NCBI GenBank assembly: GCA_964488055.1
Contig: CAZATL010000003.1
Location: forward strand, 245 to 64,244
Reading direction: 5' to 3'
DNA length: 64,000 nucleotides
Origin: an uncultured Gammaproteobacteria bacterium
Lineage (GTDB): Bacteria > Patescibacteriota > Microgenomatia > UBA1406 > GWC2-37-13
Shown: positions 37,500-47,200 of the stretch, in pieces
Numbering within the stretch: position 1 is the first letter of the stretch
Layout of the letters: each line of letters starts with the position of its first letter
Position numbers and translations under genes: made by a program
The notes under the pieces: model-generated
Databases searched by the model: none
What the model was told of the DNA's origin: nothing
Seen by the model: the letters and a program-made list of their open reading frames with translations, nothing else

Positions 37500-38393
37500 A
37501 TGATCGAAATACTAAACAACATCAGACGCACGCCATTCCAGTCATCGAGCATGTTCCTAATCCAGTTTTTTGCTGGCTTTTTGCTCCTTGTATCAGTCTC
37601 TGTCACTATATTTCTTGTTGCAATTTTCAACAAAGTAGAAACACAGATCCCAGTCATTGTTTATTTCAAGCCGACCACTGTCGAGGCTGATATATTCAAA
37701 CTTCGTGAACAGCTCATAAAATCTGGCAAAGTTGCGAATCTCGACTATATTGATAAAAAGAAAGCCTTCGAATTTTACAAAAGCCAAAATCAAAACAACC
37801 CCCTGCTCCTTGAGATGACATCTGAAGAAAATTTCCCTCCATCCTTTGAGATACAGGCCACCGAACCAAGATACCTATTTGAGATTGCGAATTTTTTCAA
37901 AAACGAAAAGGGTGTAGATGAAGTGCAGTTTGAAAAGCAAACCGTCCAAAGACTCGTGACTGTCACAAACATACTCCGCACTTCAGTGTTTGTTCTCGCA
38001 GTATATCTAGCTGTCATGTCTGTGATCACGCTTATGACCATGGTCATGTTCAAGATAGCTCTTCGCAAAGAAGAGATCGAGCTACAACAATTACTTGGAG
38101 CAAGTCGGGGAAAGATCGCTCATCCATTTTTTGATGAGGGCAACTTCATAACTATCCTGTCCACACTTACTGCAATAGGAGTCTACGTGGGACTTATGTT
38201 TGTTGTGAGAGACTCTGTGACTGCCTATCTTTTTGGTGTAAAGGATCTTTCTGTGAATATATATGGTTCCACATTCGTCGTCTGGCCACTGAACGTCACA
38301 ACAGTTTCTGCACTTATGGGAATCATATTCGTCTACATCTTTACAATGAATGTGATATCTACAAAGATCGCCACAGATAAATACATCAAGTAA
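37500..38393 (+). CDS. ftsX: Cell-division permease-like protein FtsX
   Basis: The layout is TM1, then a roughly 110-aa extracytoplasmic loop, then three C-terminal TMs. The gene is coupled to ftsE. Confidence 0.8.
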   Translation: MIEILNNIRRTPFQSSSMFLIQFFAGFLLLVSVSVTIFLVAIFNKVETQIPVIVYFKPTTVEADIFKLREQLIKSGKVANLDYIDKKKAFEFYKSQNQNNPLLLEMTSEENFPPSFEIQATEPRYLFEIANFFKNEKGVDEVQFEKQTVQRLVTVTNILRTSVFVLAVYLAVMSVITLMTMVMFKIALRKEEIELQQLLGASRGKIAHPFFDEGNFITILSTLTAIGVYVGLMFVVRDSVTAYLFGVKDLSVNIYGSTFVVWPLNVTTVSALMGIIFVYIFTMNVISTKIATDKYIK

Positions 38394-38400
38394 AACTTCC

Positions 38401-38516
38401 AATAATCAAGAATCAATCCTCAAGTAAATATCAATCTACAATTTTCAGTGATGTAAATTGAAATTTGAATGTTGAAACTTAATTGACTATTGTCATTGAT
38501 GATTGAAAATTTGCAT
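38401..38516. repeat. AT-rich heptamer word arrays of opposite polarity (TCAA-words, then TTGA-words)
   Basis: The first block reads aatcaag aatcaat cctcaag (38404-38424). The second reads aaattga aatttga atgttga (38455-38475), followed by degenerate copies. It lies in the ftsX-hydrolase spacer. Confidence 0.7.
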
Positions 38517-38563
38517 ATGCGACCCCCTTGTCTTATAGTTGTTTTTTTGCTATCTTGTTTGTC

Positions 38564-39820
38564 ATGAAGAAGATGTGTTTTTTGTGTCTACTGGTTTTGT
38601 GTCTGCTAACTATTCATATTGCTCCTTTGGGATATGTGTTTGCTGAAGATCCGACACCAACACCTACCCCAAATGCCACACAAGTTGCAGAGCGCCAGAA
38701 GCTAGAACAAAAAATAAATGAGTACCAAGGCAAACTAAACGAGACTAGAAAACAGCGCGACACTCTGGATAATCAGCTCAAATATCTAGATACACAGGCG
38801 TATGTCACAACACTTCGTATTGAAGAAACAGAAAACAAAGTCGAGGACGTCAAAAAAGAAACAGAGATACTCACAAACAGGATAGAGACGCTTGATCAGA
38901 AACTAGACACGCAGTGGAAGCTTTTCCTTGCCAGCACATATGCTGCGTACAAAAAGAGACAAGCATCGGTATTTGATCTTATCCTAAATAGCCAAAATGC
39001 AGAAGAAATGTTTGCATCAATGAAATACCATGCCCTCGCCCAGAACAATAGACAAAGGCTACTTGTGCAGACACAAGAAACTAAAATAAACTTCGAAGAA
39101 CAGAAAAGTCTGCGCGAGAAGAAACAAGATGAGCTCACAAAACTTCAAGACGTACTGGCAGACCAGAAAGTCAGTCTCGAGAACCAGCAAGTGTCAAAAA
39201 AAATCCTAATATCAGCTACCAAAAATAAAGAGAATGAATACCAAAACATCATAGCCGAGGCCCAAAGACAAATATCAGCGCTAAAAAGCTTTTTCATATC
39301 AACTGGCACCAACATAATTGGTGCAAATGCACTTGGAACTGGCGCCGGTGGCTGGTATTACTCGCAGCGTGATGAGAGATGGGCAGGTATGCGAATGGGA
39401 GACTCTGGGGAGTCAGTACTAGATGTCGGCTGTTTCATAAGCTCTCTTGCCATGGTACTAAAATACTATGGACACGACTACACTCCAATGTCATTTGCAA
39501 GCTCATCAAGATATTTCTACGGAGGACCATCATCCGGATGCTTCCCCACCTCATACGCGACAGCATATGCATGCACACCAAATACATTTAATGGAGGCTG
39601 GCCAGGCGGACTCAAATATCGTGAGATAGGCAGGGGTGAGATAGATGGATACTTGGAGCGAGGAGTACCTGTCATCTCATCTGTCAATGGACAGGGTCAC
39701 TACATTGTCCTAAAACGCATCGAAAACGGCCAGTACATCATGAATGACCCAATATATGGACCAGACCTAAAGGTCGCCGATTATTACAGTCTTTCTGGCC
39801 GTTATGCTGTGTTTGAGTGA
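38564..39820 (+). CDS. Secreted coiled-coil protein with C-terminal C39-like cysteine peptidase domain (PcsB/EnvC-analogous putative cell-wall hydrolase)
   Basis: It has a signal peptide (MKKMCFLCLLVLCLLTIHIAPLGYVFA) and about 200 aa of heptad-like Q/E/K/L-rich sequence. The C-terminal domain has GWYYSQRDERW...DVGCFISSLAMVLKYYG...GHYIVLKRIENGQYIMNDP, giving Cys/His placement like Peptidase_C39_2. Confidence 0.65.
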   Translation: MKKMCFLCLLVLCLLTIHIAPLGYVFAEDPTPTPTPNATQVAERQKLEQKINEYQGKLNETRKQRDTLDNQLKYLDTQAYVTTLRIEETENKVEDVKKETEILTNRIETLDQKLDTQWKLFLASTYAAYKKRQASVFDLILNSQNAEEMFASMKYHALAQNNRQRLLVQTQETKINFEEQKSLREKKQDELTKLQDVLADQKVSLENQQVSKKILISATKNKENEYQNIIAEAQRQISALKSFFISTGTNIIGANALGTGAGGWYYSQRDERWAGMRMGDSGESVLDVGCFISSLAMVLKYYGHDYTPMSFASSSRYFYGGPSSGCFPTSYATAYACTPNTFNGGWPGGLKYREIGRGEIDGYLERGVPVISSVNGQGHYIVLKRIENGQYIMNDPIYGPDLKVADYYSLSGRYAVFE

Positions 39821-41681
39821 TCACACCCTCCCCACTATAGAGAAATCACTCATTTCACTTTCTACTTTTTGTCTTTTGGCCATAGCTATATTCCACGCGC
39901 CTTTTGCAAATGCGCAGTCAGTTGTCATAAATGAATTTCAGGTTTCCTCTACCCAAAGTGTCGAAGTGATCAACACGACCGAAAACCCTGTTGATATAAG
40001 TGGATGGTATATAGACGACTCCTCAGGCTCAACTTACTACACTATCCCCCAGGGAACTATTCTCCATTCGAGGAGTTGCGTGGTTTTTCAGTCGGATTTC
40101 AATCTAAATACTGCAAGTGCAGATATAGTAAGATTGTTTGATTCAACATTAAAACCTATAGAGACTGGCGCTGTTACCATAGACAGCTTTGCTTATTCCC
40201 AAGCTCCAGCAAGTGGCAGCTCATATTCTAGGAATCCTGATGGGAGTGGGTCATTTGCAATATCTTCACCATCATTTGGACTATACAACTCGAGTGGCAC
40301 AAGTTGTATATATGTTTCGACCCCATCCCAAACACCTACCGTCACTCCGACCCCGAATATTCCGCCCACCCCCACGCCCACCACATATCCAGCAAACTTC
40401 AAAGATAATATTTATCTATCAGAAATCATGTCCTATCCGCAAACAGGCGACGAGTGGGTAGAAATATATAACGATAACAATTTTACAGTCAATGTCGTTG
40501 ACTGGTATATAGATGACCTGGATGATAGTGGTGGTTCACCACTAAAGTTTAGTGGAATAATCCCAGCGCACTCATACTTCGTGCAAGACATATCTTCGTC
40601 ACTTTTCAATAACGATGCAGATATCGCGAGGCTACTTGATGAGAATATGATCGAGGTATCATTTTTTTCATACTCAAAAAATAACATAGGTCTTTCATGG
40701 GGGACAAGTGGCGACATCTTATTGCAGATATTTTGTCAACAATCCCCTACCAAAAATACTAATAATGCAGATTGCATCGAAGCGACACCCACACTTACAC
40801 TCACTCCAACCAAAACTCCAACATCCACAAAGACTCCTACGCTTACTCAAACACCGACACAAGCATATGAAACAATATCTGGGATATTCATAACAGAGAT
40901 ATTTCCACGCACAGATACAGACCATCCGAAAGAATGGGTAGAGATCTACAACGATAACAGATTTGCAGTCAATCTAAGAGAGTGGCATCTTGGAGACTCA
41001 TCAGACAGAGAGATGCAAATGTTTACTGTCGATATAGATCCATACAAATACGGGGTGATCGAACTTTCATCATCAAGACTCAATAATGACGGTGACACAG
41101 TTTATCTGATGGACCCAAACCAAAATGTGGTCGATGAGTTTGCATATACTAGCTCTGAAGTATCAACTAGCTGGGGCAGAAAGAGTGGCAGCTTCCAAGA
41201 GTGGTGCATGCAATCTCCGTCAAAAGGTGATTACAACAAACAATGCCTCGTGAGTCCTACACACACCCCAACTCGTACACCAACATTCACGAAAACTCCC
41301 ACACCAACACGTACTCCCACACCACAGAAAGCAACAAACATGACAGATATCTCAAGCCTAAAGAATTCTTCAACACCATTTAATAGCGCGCAGAATGTGA
41401 TGGGCATCTCATCTGTCAAAAAGAAAATTGCGATGTCATATACCCCAAGATTAGATGTTGGCAATAAGAACAACGCTTTCCCCTTGAGTTTTGCTGTACA
41501 TGCAGCCCAAAATACAGACGAGTTAGATGACAGTAAATATGCCGAAACAAACACATCATACTTGCCGTATAATGATCCGATTTTAGGCACAATCATAATT
41601 GTGGTTTTGTCGCTTGTAGTTGGATTTTTGACATCTGATATATGGAAAAAATGGGAAGAAGATCAAAAGCCTTACTTCTGA
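39804..41681 (+). CDS. Surface protein with three lamin-tail domains (LTD), PT-rich linkers and a C-terminal TM anchor
   Basis: There are three LTD-like repeats: VVINEFQV...VEVINTTENPVDISGWYIDD, IYLSEIM...EWVEIYNDNNFTVNVVDWYIDD, and IFITEIF...EWVEIYNDNRFAVNLREWHLGD. The linkers are TPTxTPTP. The C-terminal helix is IIIVVLSLVVGFLTSDIW. Confidence 0.75.
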   Translation: MLCLSDHTLPTIEKSLISLSTFCLLAIAIFHAPFANAQSVVINEFQVSSTQSVEVINTTENPVDISGWYIDDSSGSTYYTIPQGTILHSRSCVVFQSDFNLNTASADIVRLFDSTLKPIETGAVTIDSFAYSQAPASGSSYSRNPDGSGSFAISSPSFGLYNSSGTSCIYVSTPSQTPTVTPTPNIPPTPTPTTYPANFKDNIYLSEIMSYPQTGDEWVEIYNDNNFTVNVVDWYIDDLDDSGGSPLKFSGIIPAHSYFVQDISSSLFNNDADIARLLDENMIEVSFFSYSKNNIGLSWGTSGDILLQIFCQQSPTKNTNNADCIEATPTLTLTPTKTPTSTKTPTLTQTPTQAYETISGIFITEIFPRTDTDHPKEWVEIYNDNRFAVNLREWHLGDSSDREMQMFTVDIDPYKYGVIELSSSRLNNDGDTVYLMDPNQNVVDEFAYTSSEVSTSWGRKSGSFQEWCMQSPSKGDYNKQCLVSPTHTPTRTPTFTKTPTPTRTPTPQKATNMTDISSLKNSSTPFNSAQNVMGISSVKKKIAMSYTPRLDVGNKNNAFPLSFAVHAAQNTDELDDSKYAETNTSYLPYNDPILGTIIIVVLSLVVGFLTSDIWKKWEEDQKPYF

Positions 41682-42085
41682 AAGTTGCTTGTTGGTTACC
41701 AGCTATATGCTGGATGATTATTATCTTTCTTTTTTCTTCAAGACAGAGTGTCTCTGTTGCAAGTAATTTCTGGCTTAATTTTGTCTTCTTTAAGTCTATT
41801 CATATAGCAGAATATGCCATATTGACGGCGCTTAATGCGTTTGCGATAAGATCTAGTTCTAGTGGCATCAACGTAAGTAATATTGCACTATTTTCTTCAG
41901 TCATGGCTGTTTTGTATGGCTCACTCGACGAGCTTCATCAGACATTTGTACCAACAAGAAGCGGACAGGTGCTAGATGTTCTTATTGACGCAATCGGAGT
42001 ATTTTCTGTATACTCATTGCTGAAAGTCTATGAAAAAAATCCGAAGGTTTTTGCACCATATATTCGTTTCTGGAAAACACAATAA
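41642..42085 (+). CDS. VanZ-like family membrane protein
   Basis: It is a small 4-TM protein with HIAEYAILTAL and DELHQTFVPTRSGQVLDVLIDAIG. Confidence 0.7.
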   Translation: MEKMGRRSKALLLKVACWLPAICWMIIIFLFSSRQSVSVASNFWLNFVFFKSIHIAEYAILTALNAFAIRSSSSGINVSNIALFSSVMAVLYGSLDELHQTFVPTRSGQVLDVLIDAIGVFSVYSLLKVYEKNPKVFAPYIRFWKTQ

Positions 42086-42950
42086 CCACCAGGCTCATTC
42101 TGTGTCCCATGGCACCCTCACTGCCATTTTGTTTTTGTCTATCGCTTGCGTGTCGACGCTACCTCATATTGGAATAGATAATGGTGGTAGTGGTATGGGA
42201 TCTGTACTTGGTTTTGCAACAGACATAAAGTCCGAATCTCTGCTAGAGGTTACAAATGGGCAAAGAATCGCAAATGGTCTACCAGCACTTCGTGAGAACG
42301 CCAAGCTAGCACAGGCTGCACTTGCCAAGGCAGAAGACATGTATGCCAAAGGATACTGGGCACATTTTGGCCCAGATGGTGAGACACCATGGACTTTTAT
42401 TTTGTCCCAAGATTACGACTACGAGTATGCTGGCGAGAATCTAGCTAAGAATTTCATGACAAGCAGTGCTGTTGTTGACGCTTGGATGAATTCTCCTACA
42501 CACAGAGCAAATATTCTAAATGGCAATTACAAAGATGTTGGATATGCTGTGCTTGACGGCAACCTAAACGGCGAGGACACGACACTAGTTGTGCAGATGT
42601 TTGGAACCACACAGAGCAATAATTTTCAAACTGTAAAAGCTGCAAATACCTCAAATACTGAGAGCGACGTGGTACCAGCAGCAGATGAGAAGCGTGTAGA
42701 AGTGCCGGCGGGATCAGCAGAAACGAGAACAGAGACTAAGGTTGTTTCGCCGAAAATAAATCTATTGCCAGCTTATCAATTTCTGTCAGGCATCATCGTT
42801 GCATTTCTCATAATTGCTTTTGCTATTGACCTGTTTCATATAAGTAGAACAGACTTCCATAGACATCGTGGCAAGCATATTGCTCATCTTATATTTCTTA
42901 TTGCAGCTCTCGCAGGTATATATATGATTGGGTCTGGAGGAATACTATAA
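42030..42950 (+). CDS. CAP/SCP (YkwD-like) domain protein with N- and C-terminal TM segments
   Basis: It carries NGLPALRENAKLAQAALAKAEDMYAKGYWAHFGPDG...YAGENLAKNF...VDAWMNSPTHRANILNGNYKDVGYAV. Confidence 0.75.
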   Translation: MKKIRRFLHHIFVSGKHNNHQAHSVSHGTLTAILFLSIACVSTLPHIGIDNGGSGMGSVLGFATDIKSESLLEVTNGQRIANGLPALRENAKLAQAALAKAEDMYAKGYWAHFGPDGETPWTFILSQDYDYEYAGENLAKNFMTSSAVVDAWMNSPTHRANILNGNYKDVGYAVLDGNLNGEDTTLVVQMFGTTQSNNFQTVKAANTSNTESDVVPAADEKRVEVPAGSAETRTETKVVSPKINLLPAYQFLSGIIVAFLIIAFAIDLFHISRTDFHRHRGKHIAHLIFLIAALAGIYMIGSGGIL

Positions 42951-43020
42951 ATACAAGATTCAAGCGACAATAAACAAGGCTCAATATTAATAGCAATAAT
43001 TGACAAAGAATACATAAAAT

Positions 43021-43305
43021 ATGAAACACATGATTAGACACATCAAACATGAGATCTGGCACAATCACGTTTTTGATTATTTATTCCTGGCAACAGCAGC
43101 TGTCTTCTTTGTATTGTCAATGAGACTCTTCTCTGGAGAAAAGACTATGCAGATGCTGCTTGTCATAGCTTTCGCCGGTTTTTATATCATTTGGGGGATG
43201 TATCATCATATAATCTCAAAGACAATGCGAATAAAGATCATGCTTGAGTATGTGCTTGTTGGAGTATCGGTGCTCTTTTTCTTGTTGACTATTGCATTGA
43301 GGTAA
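43021..43305 (+). CDS. Small hypothetical membrane protein (3 predicted helices)
   Basis: The 94-aa ORF has three hydrophobic segments. No motif was recognised. Confidence 0.45.
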   Translation: MKHMIRHIKHEIWHNHVFDYLFLATAAVFFVLSMRLFSGEKTMQMLLVIAFAGFYIIWGMYHHIISKTMRIKIMLEYVLVGVSVLFFLLTIALR

Positions 43306-43370
43306 TGGAAAAAATGGGTGATTTGATTTTTTGCCGTTAGTCTCTACAATACTACAAGTTATAGAAATAT

Positions 43371-44096
43371 ATGAAAGGAATAATACTAGCTGGCGGAAGT
43401 GCCACAAGACTTCGGCCACTTACGAAGATTACGTCTAAGCAGCTTCTTCCTGTGTACAACAAGCCAATGATCTACTACCCCATTGAGACTCTAGTCAAAG
43501 CAGGGATAAAAGACATTCTGATCATCATTTCTCCAGAATATGCTGGACATTTCCTAAACCTACTTGGTACTGGCAAGGACTTTGGATGTAGGTTTACTTA
43601 CGAGATACAGGAAAAGCCAAAGGGTTTGTCTGATGCCTTCATAGTAGGTGAGCAATTTATAAAAGATGACAATGTGACCATGGTGCTTGGAGATAATCTT
43701 TTTGACTACGATTTTACCAATGAAATTGGTTCATTTGAAACTGGTGGGCATGTATTTGCACTCAAGGTTCCCGACCCACAAAGATACGCTGTGGTGGAAT
43801 TTGATAAAAATATGAAGGTGATCTCTATTGAAGAAAAGCCAAAATTACCAAAGAGTGACTATGCTGTACCAGGTCTTTATATATTTGATAAGAGAGCATC
43901 AGAATTTGCAAAGAATGTAAAGCCTTCAGAGCGAGGCGAACTCGAGATCCCAGACCTTTATAATCAATACTTAGCAAAAGGAGAATTGAAAGTATCTGTA
44001 ATTGATTGTGTATGGGAAGATGCAGGGACTTTTGACAGTTTACTTCGGGCCAACAATTATTGGGCAGAAAAATCAAAATTATCACAAAAATCATAA
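43371..44096 (+). CDS. rfbA: Glucose-1-phosphate thymidylyltransferase-like sugar nucleotidyltransferase (short form)
   Basis: It carries MKGIILAGGSATRLRPLTKITSKQLLPVYNKPMIYYPIETLVKAGIKDILII, KPKGLSDAF and LGDNLF. At 241 aa it is shorter than classical RmlA. Confidence 0.75.
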   Translation: MKGIILAGGSATRLRPLTKITSKQLLPVYNKPMIYYPIETLVKAGIKDILIIISPEYAGHFLNLLGTGKDFGCRFTYEIQEKPKGLSDAFIVGEQFIKDDNVTMVLGDNLFDYDFTNEIGSFETGGHVFALKVPDPQRYAVVEFDKNMKVISIEEKPKLPKSDYAVPGLYIFDKRASEFAKNVKPSERGELEIPDLYNQYLAKGELKVSVIDCVWEDAGTFDSLLRANNYWAEKSKLSQKS

Positions 44097-44121
44097 CCAA
44101 AACAAACATAAAACCACAATA

Positions 44122-44164
44122 AAACCAACCCTTTTGAGCAATCAGCGCGGGGTGGTTTCTTTTT
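44122..44164 (+). terminator. Candidate intrinsic terminator after the rfbA-like gene
   Basis: The stems aaaccaaccc and ggggtggttt pair at 9 of 10 positions around a 17-nt loop, followed by cttttt. The 3' arm shares gcggggtggt with the 5' arm and loop of the 35144 hairpin. Confidence 0.45.
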
Positions 44165-44168
44165 CTGT

Positions 44169-44196
44169 TTGACATTTGGCTATAATTCTGTATAAT
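44169..44196 (+). promoter_or_regulatory. Consensus sigma-70-type promoter upstream of rpoB
   Basis: TTGACA lies at 44169-44174, followed by a 16-nt spacer and TATAAT at 44191-44196. It is about 70 nt upstream of the rpoB ATG. Confidence 0.65.
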
Positions 44197-44265
44197 TTTG
44201 AGCTGAAACGGCCGGTTTCCTACTTTCTGTGATTTAAAAATTCGAACGCGCCCTTGCAAGGCTCT

Positions 44266-47200
44266 ATGTCAAAAACTTTTACAGCCCAAAAACCTCCGTT
44301 AAAAACCCTTTTTCTTGGTACTAAGGAGACTCCGCTTGAAAAAATGGATCTTATTGAGATCCAAAAAGAATCATGGAAACACTTCGAAGATGTTCTTCTA
44401 AAACAGACCATCCAAAACTTCTTCCCAATAGACGATTACACAGGTAAAAAATTCAATCTTCAGTTTCTCGAGCTATCATTTGGAAAGCCAAGATATGACA
44501 TCGAACTCTGCAAAGCAAAAAAGCTCACTTTCGATAGACCAGTTTATCTGAAGCTCCAACTAAACAACAAAAGAGCAAACCAAGTCAAAGTGCAGGATGT
44601 ATATCTCTGCAATCTACCCATCATGACAGATAGGGGCACATTCATCATAAATGGTATCGAGAGAGCTGTCATAAGCCAGATCGTCAGAGCACCTGGTGTG
44701 TATTTCACAGCAGAGATAGACAAGTCAACAGGACTCACACTCTACAATGCAGAGATTCGACCATATATAGGCGCATGGCTTGACTTCACGATCAACAAAC
44801 AAGGTGTAATTGAAGCCAAAATAAACAGAAAAAGAAAACTTCTTGCAACAGCGTTCCTCAAGCTTTTTGATGGTGAAGACCAAACAACGATAAGATCTCA
44901 TTTCCAGGACATCGATAGCGATCTTGTTGAGAAGTACCTCATGCCAACCATCAAAAAAGACAGAACACACTCCAAGGAAGATGCTGTCATGGAGTTTTAT
45001 CGCAAGGTCAAACCAGGTGAGCCACTAGTAATCGAAAATGCCTACAAGACTCTCAACATGGTCTTCTTCGACCCAAAAAGATATTCGTTGAGTCATGTGG
45101 GTAGATACAAACTCAACAAAAGACTTGGAACTAAGTTTGAAAACGCAAAAGAGTATCATATGCTTCAGAAGGAAGATGTTATTGAGGCGCTCAAGAAACT
45201 CATGACCCTTACAAAGACGCAGGAGGGATTTGACGACATCGACCACCTAGGTAACAGACGCCTCCGCACTGTCGGAGAGATAGTGTCACTATATGGCATT
45301 CGCCTCGGCATGGTGAGAGTCGAAAAAGAGGTAAGAGAGAGAATGAGTCTTGTTGCAACAGAGACACAGGTCGCACCAGCCCAAGTCATAAACACAAAAC
45401 CAGTTGCATCAGCCCTAAATAGCTTCTTCAAGACATCACAACTATCAAACATTATTGATCAGACAAATCTTCTAGCAGAGCTTGACAACCTGCGTCGTAT
45501 CACAGTAGCCGGGCCAGGTGGCATCGAGAAAGAAAGAGCGAGCTTCTCTATTCGTGACATCCACAGCTCACAATACGGCAGAATCTGTCCAATCAGATCT
45601 CCAGAGGGACCAAATATCGGAGTTGTCACCTATCTCGCCATGTACGGCAAGGTAAACAAATATGGCTTTTTAGAAACTCCTTACAAAAAAATTATCCAAA
45701 AAGGTAAGAAGTCAATTGTTACAGACGAAATAGTCTATCTACAGGCTGACGACGAAGACGACCACTACATCACTTCGTCCTCTCTCAACATAGACAAACA
45801 CGGTGAGGTGATAGATGAGCACGCAGTTGCAAGATACAAGGGTGAGGTAAAAGAAGTGTCAGTCTCAAAGATAGAGTACATCGACATATCGCCACGCCAG
45901 GCTGTTGGGGTATCAGCATCACTCATACCATTCCTACAAAATGATGACGCATCTCGTGCGCTCATGGGCACACACATGCAATGTCAAGGTGTGCCACTTG
46001 TGAAGCCAGCTGCCCCACTTGTTGGGACAGGAATGGAGTCCGTCATAGCAAAAGGTCTCGGTCGAACTGTTGTGGCTCCAGAGGATGGCACAATCGAATA
46101 CATAGACGCACGTAAAATCATACTCAAGGGCAAGTCAGGCGAAAAGCACGAATACAAGCTCGATAGATTCTCAAGGACCAATAAAGATGTCTGCTTTGAT
46201 CAAAGACCAACTGTCGAACCAAATCAAAAAGTAAAAAAGGGAGATCTCATCATTGATGGACCAGGCACAGATAATGGTCATCTAGCACTTGGTCAAAATC
46301 TTACAATAGCATACACATCACTCCATGGCTATGGATACGAAGACGGATTTGTGGTGTCAGAGAGACTTCTGAAGGAAGATGTCTTCACTTCAATCACACT
46401 CGAAGAGTTTGTGGCAGATGTTGTCGACACGAAACTAGGCCCTGAAGAACTAACTCGCGACATACCAAATGTCCGTGAGGAAATGCTTGCCAATCTTGAT
46501 AAAGATGGCTTCATCTTAGAAGGTATACAGGTGAAGGGTGGAGATGTTTTGATTGGAAAAGTTGCACCCAAGGGTGAGCGTGAGCTTACTGCAGAAGAGA
46601 GGCTTTTGAGGGCCATCTTCGGTGAAAAGGCAAAAGATGTCAAAGACACATCGCTTCGTGTGCCATATGGTAAGCGCGGAGTGGTCGTCGGAGTGGACGT
46701 CATAGACGGTCAAAAAGATCCAAACGAACTAGAGCCATCAGTCCTGAAGCGAGTGCTTGTACATACAGCATCCCTCAGAAAGGTGACAGTTGGTGACAAG
46801 CTAGCTGGAAGACACGGAAACAAAGGTGTCATAGCAAAAGTGTTGCCAGTTGAGGATATGCCTTATCTTGAAGATGGTACGCCAGTTGATATCATCATAT
46901 CCCCTGCTTCTATCCTTGCCCGTATGAATATGGGTCAGATATTTGAGACTATTCTAGGGAAGATCGCCCAAAAGGAAGGCGTTAGAATAGATACACCTAT
47001 CTTCGAACGAATCAAGGAATCCTTCATAATAGAAGAGTTGAAGAAATACGGCCTTCCAACAGATGGCAAACAGAAGCTATTTGATGGACAGACAGGTCAG
47101 GTGTTTGACAGACCAGTCTTGACTGGCGTTGGATACATCCTCAAGCTCATCCATATGGTTGAGGATAAATTCCATGCAAGATCTGTCGGACCATACTCAC

